Of a stretch of DNA of 15,400 nt, positions 14,706-15,400 are shown piece after piece. The DNA is from an uncultured bacterium. GTDB lineage: Bacteria > Schekmanbacteria > GWA2-38-11 > J061. Made by a program: the position numbers and the translations under genes. The first letter of the stretch is position 1; each line of letters opens with the position of its first letter. The notes beneath the pieces were generated by a model, which worked only from the letters and a program-made list of their open reading frames with translations, had not been told where the DNA came from and ran no database searches. The stretch covers positions 9,165 through 24,564 of the forward strand of contig CAZJVM010000038.1 in the NCBI GenBank assembly GCA_964549305.1, written 5' to 3'.

Positions 14706-15400
14706 ATGAGAAAAATGATTAATAACAAAATGAATATTACGGCATTTATAGTTGCCTTACTCTTTGTTATGTTTGCGGTTTTTATTTCTTACCATCTTTT
14801 CCAAAAAAATCAAAATGCTGTGCTGGTCCAGTTCGAAATCGCACAAAAGTCCAAGGTAAAGTTTGCAGTTGACTCAATACGCAATGCATACAAAGAACTT
14901 ATTCAGGTAATCGACCACACTCAACACGAAATAAACGAACACGGCAGTATTGAAAAAATCGAAACAAAGATATTGGGGCGAATGCTTGAACAGACAAATG
15001 AAAGCTTAGCATCTGAAAACATTATATCCGACATCTACATCTGCAATGATAATGGAAACATTATTGCCGGTGCATCAACATCTAAACCCACTTACTACCC
15101 CGGGGAAGCATTGTCTAAACTGATTAAAGTAGGCAATTTGTCTGACTATGCTTGTGTAGTTACATTTAAATATGTCAACGAAAATGAATTTTCGAAAAAA
15201 CACTTGTCTCCTGTTCTTCTCATAACAGCAGGCAGAAAAAATATAACAACACATCAGAATAATCATCTTGTGTTCGCAGTAAACATAGAGCATTTTATCG
15301 ATCTTTCAATTTTCCAATCCTTTGAAAACTCTCCAGGCGAAAATTTTTTTATTCTCGATGACAACGGAACACTATTATTTAACTCCGCGGGCAACAGGGA
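14706..15400 (+). CDS. Membrane-anchored sensor with extracytoplasmic dCache-like domain (histidine kinase/GGDEF/MCP type), 5' part
   Basis: Not in the ORF track; open to the window edge. MRKMINNKMN, TM1 (ITAFIVALLFVMFAVFISYHLF), long helix, then DIYICNDNGNII and FFILDDNGTLLF, the two PAS-like subdomain signatures of dCache. Alternative ATGs at 14715 and 14730. Confidence 0.8.
   Translation, partial: MRKMINNKMNITAFIVALLFVMFAVFISYHLFQKNQNAVLVQFEIAQKSKVKFAVDSIRNAYKELIQVIDHTQHEINEHGSIEKIETKILGRMLEQTNESLASENIISDIYICNDNGNIIAGASTSKPTYYPGEALSKLIKVGNLSDYACVVTFKYVNENEFSKKHLSPVLLITAGRKNITTHQNNHLVFAVNIEHFIDLSIFQSFENSPGENFFILDDNGTLLFNSAGNR

Noticed and set aside
13134-15293. ORFs 13134..13352, 13604..13915 and 15075..15293
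   Set aside because: Antisense to chrA, the USP gene and the dCache sensor respectively.
1-15400. CRISPR array, tRNA/rRNA, transposase/integrase or anti-phage defence genes
   Set aside because: No regularly spaced repeats, cloverleaf or rRNA signatures, or recombinase/nuclease motifs were seen.

Overview
AT-rich bacterial accessory region. The sigma-54/IHF promoter, Fe-S proteins and exported proteins suggest an anaerobic diderm organism (inference). In order: (1) the 5' end of a Met-rich exported protein on the - strand, missed by the ORF track; (2) a 1131-aa secreted multidomain protein with a glycoside-hydrolase-like TIM-barrel core; (3) a - strand four-gene cell-envelope cluster encoding a GT-C/ArnT-like transferase, an ArnC/GtrB-like GT2, an FrhB/FdhB-family Fe-S flavoprotein and a 560-aa (alpha/alpha)-toroid/heparinase-II/III-like protein; (4) a divergent ROK sugar kinase; (5) a geranylgeranyl-reductase/FixC-family flavoprotein translationally coupled to a 2[4Fe-4S] ferredoxin; (6) a Cys-rich two-CW protein preceded by a 23-codon leader ORF and an OmpA-domain remnant; (7) a lone short-chain chromate transporter; (8) a tandem-domain universal stress protein; (9) the 5' end of a dCache-like membrane sensor behind a sigma-54 promoter with an IHF site. 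I saw no tRNA, rRNA, CRISPR array or transposase. The best candidate for an undescribed system is the lipid-linked glycosylation cluster coupled to a redox enzyme and a toroid enzyme. All product calls come from motif recognition by eye; no searches were run.
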